A stretch of DNA of 64,000 bases from Alphaproteobacteria bacterium. Lineage in GTDB: Bacteria; Pseudomonadota; Alphaproteobacteria; Bin95. The translations under genes and the position numbers were made by a program. The notes beneath the pieces are model-generated. The model worked only from the letters and a program-made list of their open reading frames with translations, was not told where the DNA came from and made no database searches. Of this stretch, positions 36,661 to 46,168 are shown piece after piece (within the stretch, counting starts at the first letter, position 1; each line of letters opens with the position of its first letter). The stretch spans positions 288,001-352,000 of the forward strand of contig OZ224045.1 in NCBI GenBank assembly GCA_963665325.3. The letters run 5' to 3'.

Positions 36661-38064
36661 ATGCCGCGCGACCGCAGCGAAATGCCCGCCCTCACCGTAG
36701 AACTCGCCCGCTGGCTCGCGGGACTCCGCCCGGAGGCGCTGCCCGAAAGCACCCGCCATGCGGCGCGCCTCGCGCTGCTGGACACAATGGGAGCCGGGCT
36801 GCACGGACGCCGCGAGTTCTGGGCCGAAACGGCCCTCGCCTGGGCGCGCCAGGGCTACGGCCCCGCCGGCAACGGTGACGGACTTGCGACGGTCTGGGGC
36901 GAATCGCAGCCCTCGCTGCGGCCTGCCGACGCAGCCCTGGTGAACGGTGTCGCCACCCATGCCTTCGAGCTCGACGATTTCATCGCCAAGCTGCATCCGG
37001 GCGCGGCCGTGGTGCCGGCGGCGCTTGCCCTAGGCGAGCGCCTCGATGCCGGAGGAGCCGAAATCGAGACGGCGGTCGTGGCGGGCTACGAGGTGATGGT
37101 GCGCGCCTCCCGCGCGCTCGACCCCAATGCCGCCCGGCTGCGCGGCTGGCACCTGACGGGCGTGTGCGGTCCGCTCGGCGCAGCGGCAGCGGGCGCGGTG
37201 CTCTTCAGGCTAGACGAGGAGGCGACGGCCTGGGCGCTCGGCCTCGGCGCAACGCAGGGGTCCGGCCTGTTCGCCTTCAATGCGGACGGTGCGATGAGCA
37301 AGCGCCTGCACCCCGGACGCGCCGCCCATGCCGGCGTCATGGCGGCGGAGCTGGCGGCTATGGGCTTTACCGGCCCGGCAAGCGTGCTGGAGACCGATGA
37401 CGGCGGCTTCCTCGACGCCTTTTCCGACGCCGCAAATCCGGATCGGCTGCTGGAAGGGCTCGGCAGCGAATGGGCCGTCGAGCAGGTCTATTTCAAGCCC
37501 TATTCCTGCTGCGGCTCCCTGCATTCCTATGTCGATGCCGCGCGGGAAATTCGCGACCGCCTCGGCCGGATGCCGGAGCCGGGCGAGACCGTACGCGCCG
37601 GCCTACCGCGGGTCGTCGATGTCCAGTGCGGCTTCGACTACGAGCCCGGCACCGCACTCAACGGCCAGATGAGCGCGCGCTTCACCATCGCCGCTGCGCT
37701 TGCCGACGGCAACGCGCTTCCCGCCCAATATACCGACGACCGGATGAACGACCCGGAACTGGTAGCGCTGGCCCGGCGCATTGAACTCGTGCCGGATGCC
37801 GAGCTGGACGACATCTATCCCGCCGACTATCCCGGTTGGGTCGAGATCGCCGGGGCCGACGGGCGCGTGGAGCGGTCGGAAGCCCTCAATCCCTCCGGCG
37901 CGCCCGGCCATCCGGGCCGCGAGGCGGCGTTGCTCTCCAAATTCGATGCGCTCGCGATCGAGGCGGTCGGCGCGACGGCGGCCGAGCGGTTGAAGGCCGT
38001 GCTGATGGACCTGCCGCGTCACGATGCCGCCGCGCTCGCTGCGGCGCCCGCGCAAGCGGCATGA
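36661..38064 (+). CDS. MmgE/PrpD family protein
   Basis: NGVATHAFELDD, LHPG, GWHLTG, KRLHPG, FKPYSCC. Confidence 0.9.
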   Translation: MPRDRSEMPALTVELARWLAGLRPEALPESTRHAARLALLDTMGAGLHGRREFWAETALAWARQGYGPAGNGDGLATVWGESQPSLRPADAALVNGVATHAFELDDFIAKLHPGAAVVPAALALGERLDAGGAEIETAVVAGYEVMVRASRALDPNAARLRGWHLTGVCGPLGAAAAGAVLFRLDEEATAWALGLGATQGSGLFAFNADGAMSKRLHPGRAAHAGVMAAELAAMGFTGPASVLETDDGGFLDAFSDAANPDRLLEGLGSEWAVEQVYFKPYSCCGSLHSYVDAAREIRDRLGRMPEPGETVRAGLPRVVDVQCGFDYEPGTALNGQMSARFTIAAALADGNALPAQYTDDRMNDPELVALARRIELVPDAELDDIYPADYPGWVEIAGADGRVERSEALNPSGAPGHPGREAALLSKFDALAIEAVGATAAERLKAVLMDLPRHDAAALAAAPAQAA

Positions 38065-38561
38065 CGGCTTTGGCGCCTGCGACGGCGGAAGACCTGTTCG
38101 CCCGCCTCGACGAACTCGGCATCGCCCACAGCACCGTCTGCCACGAGCCGGTGTTCACAGTGGACGAAAACCGGGAGCTGCGCGGCGGCATCGCCGGCGG
38201 CCATTGCAAGAACCTGTTCCTCAAGAACCGGAAGAACGCCTACTGGCTGGTCGTCTGCCTGGAGGACGCGAAGATCGACCTGAAGGCCTTCGGGGAGCGG
38301 ATCGGCGCCGGGCGTCCTTCGTTCGGCTCGGCCGAACGCCTGATGGAAGTGCTGGGCATCCTTCCCGGCGCGGTCACTCCCTTCGCCCTCATCAACGACC
38401 GTGCGCAGCGCGTACAGCCGGTGCTGCAGGCCCGGATGCTGGAAATCTCCCCGCTCAACTACCATCCGCTACGCAATGACCGCACCACCGCCATCGCGCC
38501 GAACGATCTCGTGCGGTTCATCGAAGATTGCGGCCACAGCCCTGTTGTCGTTGATTTTTGA
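38061..38561 (+). CDS. YbaK/ProXp-ala-like aminoacyl-tRNA deacylase
   Basis: H.PVFTV, HCKNLFLK, LGILPGAVTPFAL, NYHPL.N; ATGA overlap. Confidence 0.88.
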   Translation: MTALAPATAEDLFARLDELGIAHSTVCHEPVFTVDENRELRGGIAGGHCKNLFLKNRKNAYWLVVCLEDAKIDLKAFGERIGAGRPSFGSAERLMEVLGILPGAVTPFALINDRAQRVQPVLQARMLEISPLNYHPLRNDRTTAIAPNDLVRFIEDCGHSPVVVDF

Positions 38562-38672
38562 TCGGCCTTGCCCTGCTCCAGCCGTCGACCGCCAGAAGCG
38601 AGGCGACTTATCGACGCTGCGCTCTCGCCAAAGGGGGGTGGATGGCTCTAGAATAACTGCATCCGAAAGTGG

Positions 38673-38707
38673 CCGGCCGGTCCCACGGCTCCGGCCGGGG
38701 TCTTTTT
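38673..38707 (+). terminator. GC hairpin plus T-tract just upstream of the molybdoenzyme RBS
   Basis: CCGGCCGG-N10-CCGGCCGG-ggtcttttt. Confidence 0.45.
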
Positions 38708-38736
38708 GCGCGACCAAGCGAGATTGAGGAGGAAGA

Positions 38737-39603
38737 ATGTACGCACCGAGTTTCGCTGCGCCCACGACGGTGGCCGAAGCGGTGCAGTTGCTGGCGAACG
38801 CAAGCGGCGTCGCCCGGGTGCTGGCCGGAGGCACTGACCTCCTGGTCCAATTGCGCTCCGGTGTTCTCAAACCGGACCTGATCGTCGATACCAAGCGCAT
38901 TCCTGAGCTCAGGACCATAACGACCGAGGGTGGCGGCTACCGGATCGGCGCGTCCGTTTCGGGCGCCGAGGCCGGCGAGCATGCCGGCCTGTCGAAGGAC
39001 TGGCCGGGGGTCGTCGAGGCAGTCGAGCTGATCGGTTCGACGCAGATCCAGGGCCGCGCCTCTTTCGTCGGCAATCTCTGCAATGCCTCGCCGGCGGCGG
39101 ATTCCGTGCCGGCGCTCATCGCGGTGGGGGCCACGGCCGTCATTGCCGGGCCGAACGGCGAGCGCGAGGTTCCGGTCGAGGAAGTCCCGACGGCGCCGGG
39201 CCGCACCTCGCTCGCCAAGGGCGAGATGGTGGTCGCGATCAAGCTGCCGCCGAAGCCGGCGCGCACGGGCGACGCCTATCTGCGCTTCATTCCGCGGACC
39301 GAAATGGACATCGCTGTTGTCGGCGCCGGCGTCTGCGTGACGCTGGACGGGAGCGGCAAATGCACGGCGGCTAGAGTGTCGCTCGGTGCCGTTGCACCGA
39401 CCGTGCTGGTCGTTGACGATGCAGCGGCGGCGCTGGTCGGCAGCAGGCTCGACGATGCGGCATTGGCCGCGCTCGACGCTGCCGCGCGGGCCGCCTGCAA
39501 GCCGATTTCCGACAAGCGCGGCACCATCGAGTACCGCACCAAGGTCGCTGGCGTGCTGGCACGCCGCGCGGCCGCCACTGCCTTCAAGCGCGCGGGAGCC
39601 TGA
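38737..39603 (+). CDS. Xanthine dehydrogenase/CoxM-family FAD-binding subunit
   Basis: LAGGTDL, GSTQIQGRAS..GNLCNASPAAD; GAGGAGG RBS. Confidence 0.92.
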   Translation: MYAPSFAAPTTVAEAVQLLANASGVARVLAGGTDLLVQLRSGVLKPDLIVDTKRIPELRTITTEGGGYRIGASVSGAEAGEHAGLSKDWPGVVEAVELIGSTQIQGRASFVGNLCNASPAADSVPALIAVGATAVIAGPNGEREVPVEEVPTAPGRTSLAKGEMVVAIKLPPKPARTGDAYLRFIPRTEMDIAVVGAGVCVTLDGSGKCTAARVSLGAVAPTVLVVDDAAAALVGSRLDDAALAALDAAARAACKPISDKRGTIEYRTKVAGVLARRAAATAFKRAGA

Positions 39604-39612
39604 ACCGAGACC

Positions 39613-40092
39613 ATGGCTAAACATCACATTTCCACCACGATCAACGGCGAGCCGGTCGAGTTCCTCTGCAGCACCGAGCAGACCATGCTCGACGTGTTGC
39701 GCGACGAGCTTCACCTGACCGGCACGAAGGAAGGCTGCGCCACGGGCGACTGCGGCGCCTGCTCGATCACGGTCGACGGCCGCCTCGTCTGTTCCTGCCT
39801 GATGCTGGGCGTCGAGGCCGAAGGCCATTCGGTCGAGACCATCGAGGGCATGGCCGACGGGGACCAGCTGCACCCGCTGCAGCAGAAGTTCCTCGAATAT
39901 GCTGCGTTGCAATGCGGTATCTGCACGCCGGGCTTCCTCATCGCCTCGAAAGCCCTTCTGGAGCGCAATCCGGACCCGACCGAGGAAGAAGCGCGTTACT
40001 GGCTCGCCGGCAATCTCTGCCGCTGCACCGGATACGACAAGATCATCCGCGCCGTGCTCGACACGGCCGCCGATATGCGAGGAGCGTCCTGA
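39613..40092 (+). CDS. Xanthine dehydrogenase/CoxS-family 2x[2Fe-2S] subunit
   Basis: GCATGDCGAC, QCGICTPG, NLCRCTGY. Confidence 0.95.
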   Translation: MAKHHISTTINGEPVEFLCSTEQTMLDVLRDELHLTGTKEGCATGDCGACSITVDGRLVCSCLMLGVEAEGHSVETIEGMADGDQLHPLQQKFLEYAALQCGICTPGFLIASKALLERNPDPTEEEARYWLAGNLCRCTGYDKIIRAVLDTAADMRGAS

Positions 40093-40093
40093 C

Positions 40094-42376
40094 ATGGCAC
40101 CTGACGGAACCCCTGCTCTCAAGGTCGTCGGCACCCGCCCGATCCGCCCCGACGGCGTGGACAAGGTCACCGGCCGCGCCCAATTCGGGGCCGATTTCCA
40201 GCTTCCCGGCCAGCTCGTCGGCAAGGTGCTGCGCAGTCCGCACGCCCATGCCCGCATCCGCTCCATCGACATCTCGAAGGCGGAAGCGGTCCCTGGCGTG
40301 AAAGCGGTAATGACCGCCGCCGACATGCCCGAGATCACCAGCGAGGAAGCGTTCGTTGGCGAAGGCCCGGCGGACTTCAAGGATATGTCCGGCAACACGA
40401 TGGCGCGCGACAAGGCCCTCTATGACGGCCATGCCGTAGCCGCCGTCGCGGCCACCAGTGCCGCTGCGGCCGATGCCGCTCTCGCGGCCATCGTGGTCGA
40501 TTACGAGGTGCTGCCGCACGTCATCGAGGTCGAGGACGCGATGGTCGAAGGCGCGCCTATCCTGCATGACGACATGTTCACCTCGGGCGTCGATCCGAAG
40601 CCGACGAAACCCTCCAATGTCGCCAAGCGCATGGTCTTCCAGCTGGGCGATGTGGATGCGGCGTTCGAGAAGGCCGACATCGTCATCGAGCGCAAATACA
40701 AGACTGCGCCGGTCCACCAGGGCTATATCGAGCCGCATGCCTGCGTTGCGCAGTATGCCGCTGACGGACAGGTCCAGATCTACTGCTCCAGCCAGGGGCA
40801 GTTCATGGTCCGCGCCTATGTGGCCAAGCTGCTTGGCATCGACATTTCCGAAATCCGCGTGACGCCGCTCGAAATCGGCGGCGGCTTCGGCGGCAAGACG
40901 CTGGTCTATCTGGAGCCGCTGGCGGTCGTGCTGTCGCGGAAGTCCGGGCGGCCCGTCAAGATGGCGATGACCCGCGAAGAAGTGTTCCGCGGTTCCGGCC
41001 CGACCTCGGGCGGCACCGTCTGGGTCAAGATCGGCGCCAAGCGCGACGGCACCATTGTCGCAGGCGATGCCGTGCTGAAATTCCAGGCCGGCGCCTATGC
41101 GGGCTCGCCCGTCGGCCCCGGCTGCATGACGGCCTTTGCGGTGTACGACCTCCAGGACGTGCGCATCACCGGTTATGACGTCGTGACCAACCGTCCCAAG
41201 GTCGCCGCCTACCGGGCGCCCGGCGCGCCGATTTCGAACTTCGGCATCGAGAGTGCTGTCGATGAGCTCGCGCGCGAGCTCGGCATGGATCCGGTCGAGC
41301 TCCGGCTCAAGAACGCCGCCAAGAAGGGCACCAAGGCCGCCTACGGCCCGACCTTCGGCGATATCGGCTGTGTCGAGACGCTGGAGGCCGTGAAGAACCA
41401 TCCGAACTACCAGGCGTCGCTCGGGCCGAACCAAGGCCGCGGCGTGGCCTCGGGCTTCTGGTTCAATATCGGCGGCGAGTCCTCCGCGACCGTCAACATC
41501 AACGAGGACGGCACGGCCGTGGTCGCCACCGGCAACCCGGATATCGGCGGCTCCCGCGCCTCCATGGCGATGATGGCGGCCGAGGTGCTCGGCATCGAGG
41601 TGGAACGCGTCCGCCCGATCGTCGCCGACACGAGTTCGGTCGGCTACTGCTTCCTCACCGGCGGCAGCCGCGTCACCTTCGCGACCGGCATGGCCGTGGT
41701 GGAAGCGTCGAAGTCCGTGGTGAACGAACTGAAGGCGCGCGCTGCCAAGATCTGGGACATCCCGGTCGATGCGGTCGAGTGGCAGGACGGCGAGGCTGTT
41801 CCCGCCGGCAGCAATGCAGGCGATTTCGAGCCGCTGTCGCTGGAGGGCATCGCCGCTAAATCGGGCCGCACCGGTGGGCCGATCGCCAGCACCTCTTCGC
41901 TCAACGCCCAGGGCGCGGGCCCCGGCTTCGGCACGCATGTAGTCGATGTCGAGGTGGACCGGGAGACCGGCCATGTGAAGGTGTTGCGCTATCTGGCGAC
42001 GCAGGATGCCGGTCGCGCGATCCATCCCTCTTATGTCGAGGGCCAGATCCAGGGCGGCGCCGTGCAGGGCATCGGCTGGGCCTTGAACGAGGAATATATC
42101 TACGACGACAAGGGCCGGCTCGAGAATCCGGGCTTCCTCGACTACCGCATCCCGGTGGCCTCGGACCTGCCGATGATCGACACGGTCGTCGTCGAGGTGC
42201 CGAACCCTCGGCATCCCTACGGCGCGCGCGGGGTCGGCGAGGTGCCGATCGTGCCGCCCATGGCTGCGATGGCGAACGCCATCCAGGACGCCATCGGCAT
42301 CCGGCTGACGGAGCTGCCCATGTCGCCGCCGAAGGTCCGCAAGGCGGTGGACGAACAGGCGGCTGCGGAGGAATAG
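40094..42376 (+). CDS. Xanthine dehydrogenase-family molybdopterin-binding subunit
   Basis: RSPHAHARI, GGGFGGK, AYRAPG, GQIQGGAVQG, RGVGE. Confidence 0.93.
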   Translation: MAPDGTPALKVVGTRPIRPDGVDKVTGRAQFGADFQLPGQLVGKVLRSPHAHARIRSIDISKAEAVPGVKAVMTAADMPEITSEEAFVGEGPADFKDMSGNTMARDKALYDGHAVAAVAATSAAAADAALAAIVVDYEVLPHVIEVEDAMVEGAPILHDDMFTSGVDPKPTKPSNVAKRMVFQLGDVDAAFEKADIVIERKYKTAPVHQGYIEPHACVAQYAADGQVQIYCSSQGQFMVRAYVAKLLGIDISEIRVTPLEIGGGFGGKTLVYLEPLAVVLSRKSGRPVKMAMTREEVFRGSGPTSGGTVWVKIGAKRDGTIVAGDAVLKFQAGAYAGSPVGPGCMTAFAVYDLQDVRITGYDVVTNRPKVAAYRAPGAPISNFGIESAVDELARELGMDPVELRLKNAAKKGTKAAYGPTFGDIGCVETLEAVKNHPNYQASLGPNQGRGVASGFWFNIGGESSATVNINEDGTAVVATGNPDIGGSRASMAMMAAEVLGIEVERVRPIVADTSSVGYCFLTGGSRVTFATGMAVVEASKSVVNELKARAAKIWDIPVDAVEWQDGEAVPAGSNAGDFEPLSLEGIAAKSGRTGGPIASTSSLNAQGAGPGFGTHVVDVEVDRETGHVKVLRYLATQDAGRAIHPSYVEGQIQGGAVQGIGWALNEEYIYDDKGRLENPGFLDYRIPVASDLPMIDTVVVEVPNPRHPYGARGVGEVPIVPPMAAMANAIQDAIGIRLTELPMSPPKVRKAVDEQAAAEE

Positions 42377-42383
42377 CCCCGCC

Positions 42384-42632
42384 TTGGCCCGCATCGTCCT
42401 GACCCACTCGGCCTGCCATCAATACACGGGCGGCAAGGCCGAGTTGGAGTCGGACGCGGCGAGCATTCGGGCTCTGGTCCGGGACCTGGAAACGCGCTTT
42501 CCGGGTCTCGGCCGCCAGGTCGAGGAAAGCATGGCTGTCGCCATAGATGGCGTTATGTACCAGGACGACCTGACAGCGCCGATCCCCGAAGGCGCCGAAG
42601 TCTATCTCCTCCCCCGCATCGGCGGGGGGTGA
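42384..42632 (+). CDS. MoaD/ThiS-like sulfur carrier
   Basis: 82 aa beta-grasp size, AVAIDG, C-terminal PRIGGG. Confidence 0.85.
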   Translation: MARIVLTHSACHQYTGGKAELESDAASIRALVRDLETRFPGLGRQVEESMAVAIDGVMYQDDLTAPIPEGAEVYLLPRIGGG

Positions 42633-42678
42633 GGGCCGTCACCGGCGCCCCGCCGGCTTAGCGCGCAACAGGCCAACG

Positions 42679-43842
42679 ATGCGCCGCGAATATGCCGGCC
42701 CCGAATTCCTGCGCGACGGGTTTCGGCCGCTGTTTCTTGCGGCCGGCCTCTGGGCCGCGATATCCGGGCCATTGTGGATCGGGGTCTGGTCGGGCGCCGT
42801 TCGCTATCCGGGCCTGCTCGATCCTGTGGGCTGGCATATCCACGAAATGCTATTCGGGTTCATCGCCGCCACGCTCGGTGGCTTTCTCCTGACCGCTATT
42901 CCCAACTGGACCGGCCGCCCGCCATTGCGGGGCCGCCTGTTGGCGGTCCTGGCCTCGGTCTGGCTGGCCGGCCGGATCGCAGTCTGGGCGGGCGGTATGT
43001 TGGGGCCCGGCGCCACGGCGGCTATCGACCTGGCATTCACGGGCGCACTCCTGCTGTACGCCGCCAATGAGATCGTGGCGGCAAGGAACTGGCGCAACCT
43101 GCCGGTCGTCGTCGGCGTGTCGGCGCTGTTCTCCGCCAACCTGCTGTTCCATCTTGCGGCGGCGGGCATCGCGGACACGAGGGACATTGCGGCGCGGCTG
43201 GCAGTCGGCGCGATGGCGTTCCTTCTCGCGCTGGTCGGCGGGCGCATCGTGCCGGCCTTTACGCGCAATTGGTTCGCGCAGCATTCGGGACCGGATATCG
43301 CCGCCCCGATGACGACTTTCGACCGCATCGTGTTGACCGTCACAGCGCTGGCCCTGCTGGCCTGGGTCGCCGGCGGGTCCGCATCTCACACGGGCCTCGC
43401 CCTGACAGCCGCGGGGGCGCTCAACCTCGTCCGTCTCGCACGGTGGCGGGGCTGGAGGGCGGCGGCGGAGCCGCTGGTTCTGGTACTCCATGCCGGTTAT
43501 CTGTGGCTGGGCGTGGGGCTGGGCCTGCTTGGCCTGTCCATGTTCGATGACCTGGCGCCGCAAACGCTCGCGTTACACGTACTGACTATCGGGGCAATGG
43601 GAACGATGACCCTTGCCGTCATGACACGCGCCATATTGGGGCATACCAGACGGGAACTGCGCGCCGGGCCGGCGACAACGGTTATCTACGGCCTGGCGGT
43701 GCTTGCCGTGCTGACGCGCGCGGCGTTCGAGCTTGCGTCGGAGCCCATGCTGCTGTGGATGACTGTGGCGGCATGGAGCCTCGCCTTCGCCCTTTTCACG
43801 GCCCTCTACGGCCCCATGCTCTTCCGCCCGCGCGAAGTCTGA
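42679..43842 (+). CDS. nnrS: NnrS family membrane protein
   Basis: GFRPLFL, WHIHEMLFGF, GFLLTAIPNWTG, GRIVPAFT, VMTRAILGHT.R. Confidence 0.9.
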   Translation: MRREYAGPEFLRDGFRPLFLAAGLWAAISGPLWIGVWSGAVRYPGLLDPVGWHIHEMLFGFIAATLGGFLLTAIPNWTGRPPLRGRLLAVLASVWLAGRIAVWAGGMLGPGATAAIDLAFTGALLLYAANEIVAARNWRNLPVVVGVSALFSANLLFHLAAAGIADTRDIAARLAVGAMAFLLALVGGRIVPAFTRNWFAQHSGPDIAAPMTTFDRIVLTVTALALLAWVAGGSASHTGLALTAAGALNLVRLARWRGWRAAAEPLVLVLHAGYLWLGVGLGLLGLSMFDDLAPQTLALHVLTIGAMGTMTLAVMTRAILGHTRRELRAGPATTVIYGLAVLAVLTRAAFELASEPMLLWMTVAAWSLAFALFTALYGPMLFRPREV

Positions 43843-43868
43843 TATCACCGCTGTCGCCGTTGGCCGGC

Positions 43869-45110
43869 CTATGAGGCCGCGTCGCCCTCTCCCAACGGCG
43901 CCAGCGCCGCATTCCAGAGTTCTTCCGTCACGATGTCCAACGTCCAGGGGCGCATGACGGAGGCGGCTCGGGCGTCGCGGAGATGGCGTTCGAGCGGGAA
44001 GCGTTTCAGGATCGCACGGCCCCCGCAGACCCGCATGGCGAGCGAGGTTATCTCCACTGCGTTGCGCTGGACCGTGACGTGCGCGGCGCGGGCGCGCTGG
44101 CGGGTTTCCGGCGTCGGCGGCAGCTTCGCTTCCGAGACGGCGTGGTAGAAGAGCGAGCGCGTCGCCTCGAGCTTCAGCACCATCTCGGCGACCCCGTTGC
44201 TGGTGGCCGGCGCAACGCTGGACCGGCCGGGCGCGCCCGCAAGCCCGCCCTGCAGATAGGCGAGCGCCGTATCGCAGGCCTCCACCGCCAGACCCAGGAA
44301 GGTCGCGGAGAACCCCATCGGGGCGTGCGAGGCGGTGAGGTAGAGGCCGCCGAAGACGCCGGGCGGCAGGATGTCACCGCTGTCCGGCACGAACACGTCC
44401 GTGAGGCGCATCTCGCGGCTGACCGTGGCACGCATGCCGATCGGGTCCCACTCCCCCTCGAAGGCCACGCCCTCGGCATCGCGCGGCACCTTGAGGTAAA
44501 GCGTGCGCTCCAACCAGGTCTTCTCGGAATCGTCCACAAGGATTGCCGGCGTCGCGAAATAGTCTGCCGCACCGGAAAGCGAAACGAAGAACTTGCGCCC
44601 CGTCACCCGGTAGCCGCCCTCGACCTTCCGCGCCTCGGTGCCGAAGCGCCGGCCGCCTACGCTGAAGGCCGTGTCGGTCTCGCCCTGCTCCACCGGCTCG
44701 CTGTGCGGCTGGCCGTAGAACACGCCCTTCTCCACCACTTCGTGGAACTTTTCCGCGCGGAGGCGCTCATGCCGGGCGCGCTTCTCCTCCGGCATGTCGA
44801 ACCGGTCCGCCATCTCCCCCATCAGCATCATGGTGAGGCAATGCATGTTGTAGGTGAGCGCCGTGGAGGCATTGCCGCGTGCGATCTGTTCGGCGACCAG
44901 GCAATAGGTCTCGAAATCCGCGCCGAGCCCGCCATGCGCCTCCGGCACGCAGAGCGCAAGAAACCCGGCTTCCCTCAGGTCGTCATAATCCTCGAAGGGA
45001 AAGACCGCCTCGCGGTCGAGCGCGGCGGCACGGGGAGCGAACCGCTCCTTTGCCAGGCGCCGCGCCTTTTCGACCAGCTCCTGCTGAAACGGCGTTAAAC
45101 GCATGTCCAT
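43869..45110 (-). CDS. Acyl-CoA dehydrogenase-fold flavoprotein (possibly a monooxygenase)
   Basis: VPEAHGGLG, TGRKFFVS, WDPIGMRAT.S, LERHLRDAR; lacks the YEGT motif. Confidence 0.85.
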   Translation of the reverse strand: MDMRLTPFQQELVEKARRLAKERFAPRAAALDREAVFPFEDYDDLREAGFLALCVPEAHGGLGADFETYCLVAEQIARGNASTALTYNMHCLTMMLMGEMADRFDMPEEKRARHERLRAEKFHEVVEKGVFYGQPHSEPVEQGETDTAFSVGGRRFGTEARKVEGGYRVTGRKFFVSLSGAADYFATPAILVDDSEKTWLERTLYLKVPRDAEGVAFEGEWDPIGMRATVSREMRLTDVFVPDSGDILPPGVFGGLYLTASHAPMGFSATFLGLAVEACDTALAYLQGGLAGAPGRSSVAPATSNGVAEMVLKLEATRSLFYHAVSEAKLPPTPETRQRARAAHVTVQRNAVEITSLAMRVCGGRAILKRFPLERHLRDARAASVMRPWTLDIVTEELWNAALAPLGEGDAAS

Positions 45111-45202
45111 AGGGCCGGTGCCTCCAGCTTGCGCGATTCATCCACAGTCCCGGACGGGCGGACCCTTGATCGGATGCCGAATCCCCCGCACAAAGCCGCT
45201 TT

Positions 45203-46168
45203 ATGGCCGATGTCGCTCCATACAGCTACCCGCATCGTCATCTGCTTGGCATAGAGGGCTTGGCGCCCGGCGAGATTTCGGCCCTGCTGGACCTTTCGGA
45301 AAGCTATGTCGAGCAGAGCCGGCGCGACGACAAGAAGGTAGCGGTGCTGAAGGGGCGCACCGTCATCAATGTCTTCTTCGAGACCTCCACGCGCACCCGC
45401 ACCAGCTTCGAGCTGGCCGGCAAGCGGCTGGGTGCGGACGTCATCAACATCTCCCCCGACATCAGCGCCATCAAGAAGGGCGAGACCCTGCTCGACACGG
45501 CGCTGACGCTCAACGCCATGCGCCCTGACCTACTGGTGGTGCGCCACCCGCAGTCCGGCGCCGTCCACCTGCTCTCGGAGAAGGTGGACGGGGCGGTCAT
45601 CAATGCAGGCGACGGCTGGCACGAGCATCCGACCCAGGCCCTGCTCGACGCGCTTACCATCCGGCGGCGGCTGGGCGGCCTCACGGGTCTCACGGTCGCG
45701 ATTTGCGGCGATATCATGCACAGCCGCGTCGCGCGCTCGAACATCCACCTCTTCAACACCATGGGCATCCGCGTGCGGGTCGTGGCGCCTCCGACCCTGC
45801 TGCCGCCGGAGATGGACCGCTTCGGCGTCGAGATCTTCCACGATATGCGCGCCGGGCTCGACGGTGTGGACATCGTGATGATGCTGCGCCTCCAGACGGA
45901 GCGGATGCAGGGCAGTTTCGTGCCCTCCGTGCGCGAGTATTTCCACTTCTTCGGCCTCGATGCCCGCAAGCTGGCGGCAGCGCGGCCGGATGCGCTGGTG
46001 ATGCATCCCGGACCGATGAACCGCGGCGTGGAAATCGACAGCGACGTGGCCGACGACATCCACCGCTCGCTGATCCAGGAGCAGGTGGAAATGGGCGTCG
46101 CGGTCCGCATGGCCTGCCTCGACCTGCTGACGCGCAAGCTGCAGTCGAACCGCGCCGAGGCCGCGTGA
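45203..46168 (+). CDS. pyrB: Aspartate carbamoyltransferase catalytic subunit
   Basis: [38 protein letters not shown]. Confidence 0.97.
   Translation: MADVAPYSYPHRHLLGIEGLAPGEISALLDLSESYVEQSRRDDKKVAVLKGRTVINVFFETSTRTRTSFELAGKRLGADVINISPDISAIKKGETLLDTALTLNAMRPDLLVVRHPQSGAVHLLSEKVDGAVINAGDGWHEHPTQALLDALTIRRRLGGLTGLTVAICGDIMHSRVARSNIHLFNTMGIRVRVVAPPTLLPPEMDRFGVEIFHDMRAGLDGVDIVMMLRLQTERMQGSFVPSVREYFHFFGLDARKLAAARPDALVMHPGPMNRGVEIDSDVADDIHRSLIQEQVEMGVAVRMACLDLLTRKLQSNRAEAA

Noticed and set aside
38737-42376. Aerobic CO dehydrogenase (coxMSL)
   Set aside because: No Cu-binding AYRCSFR loop and no coxDEFG accessory genes
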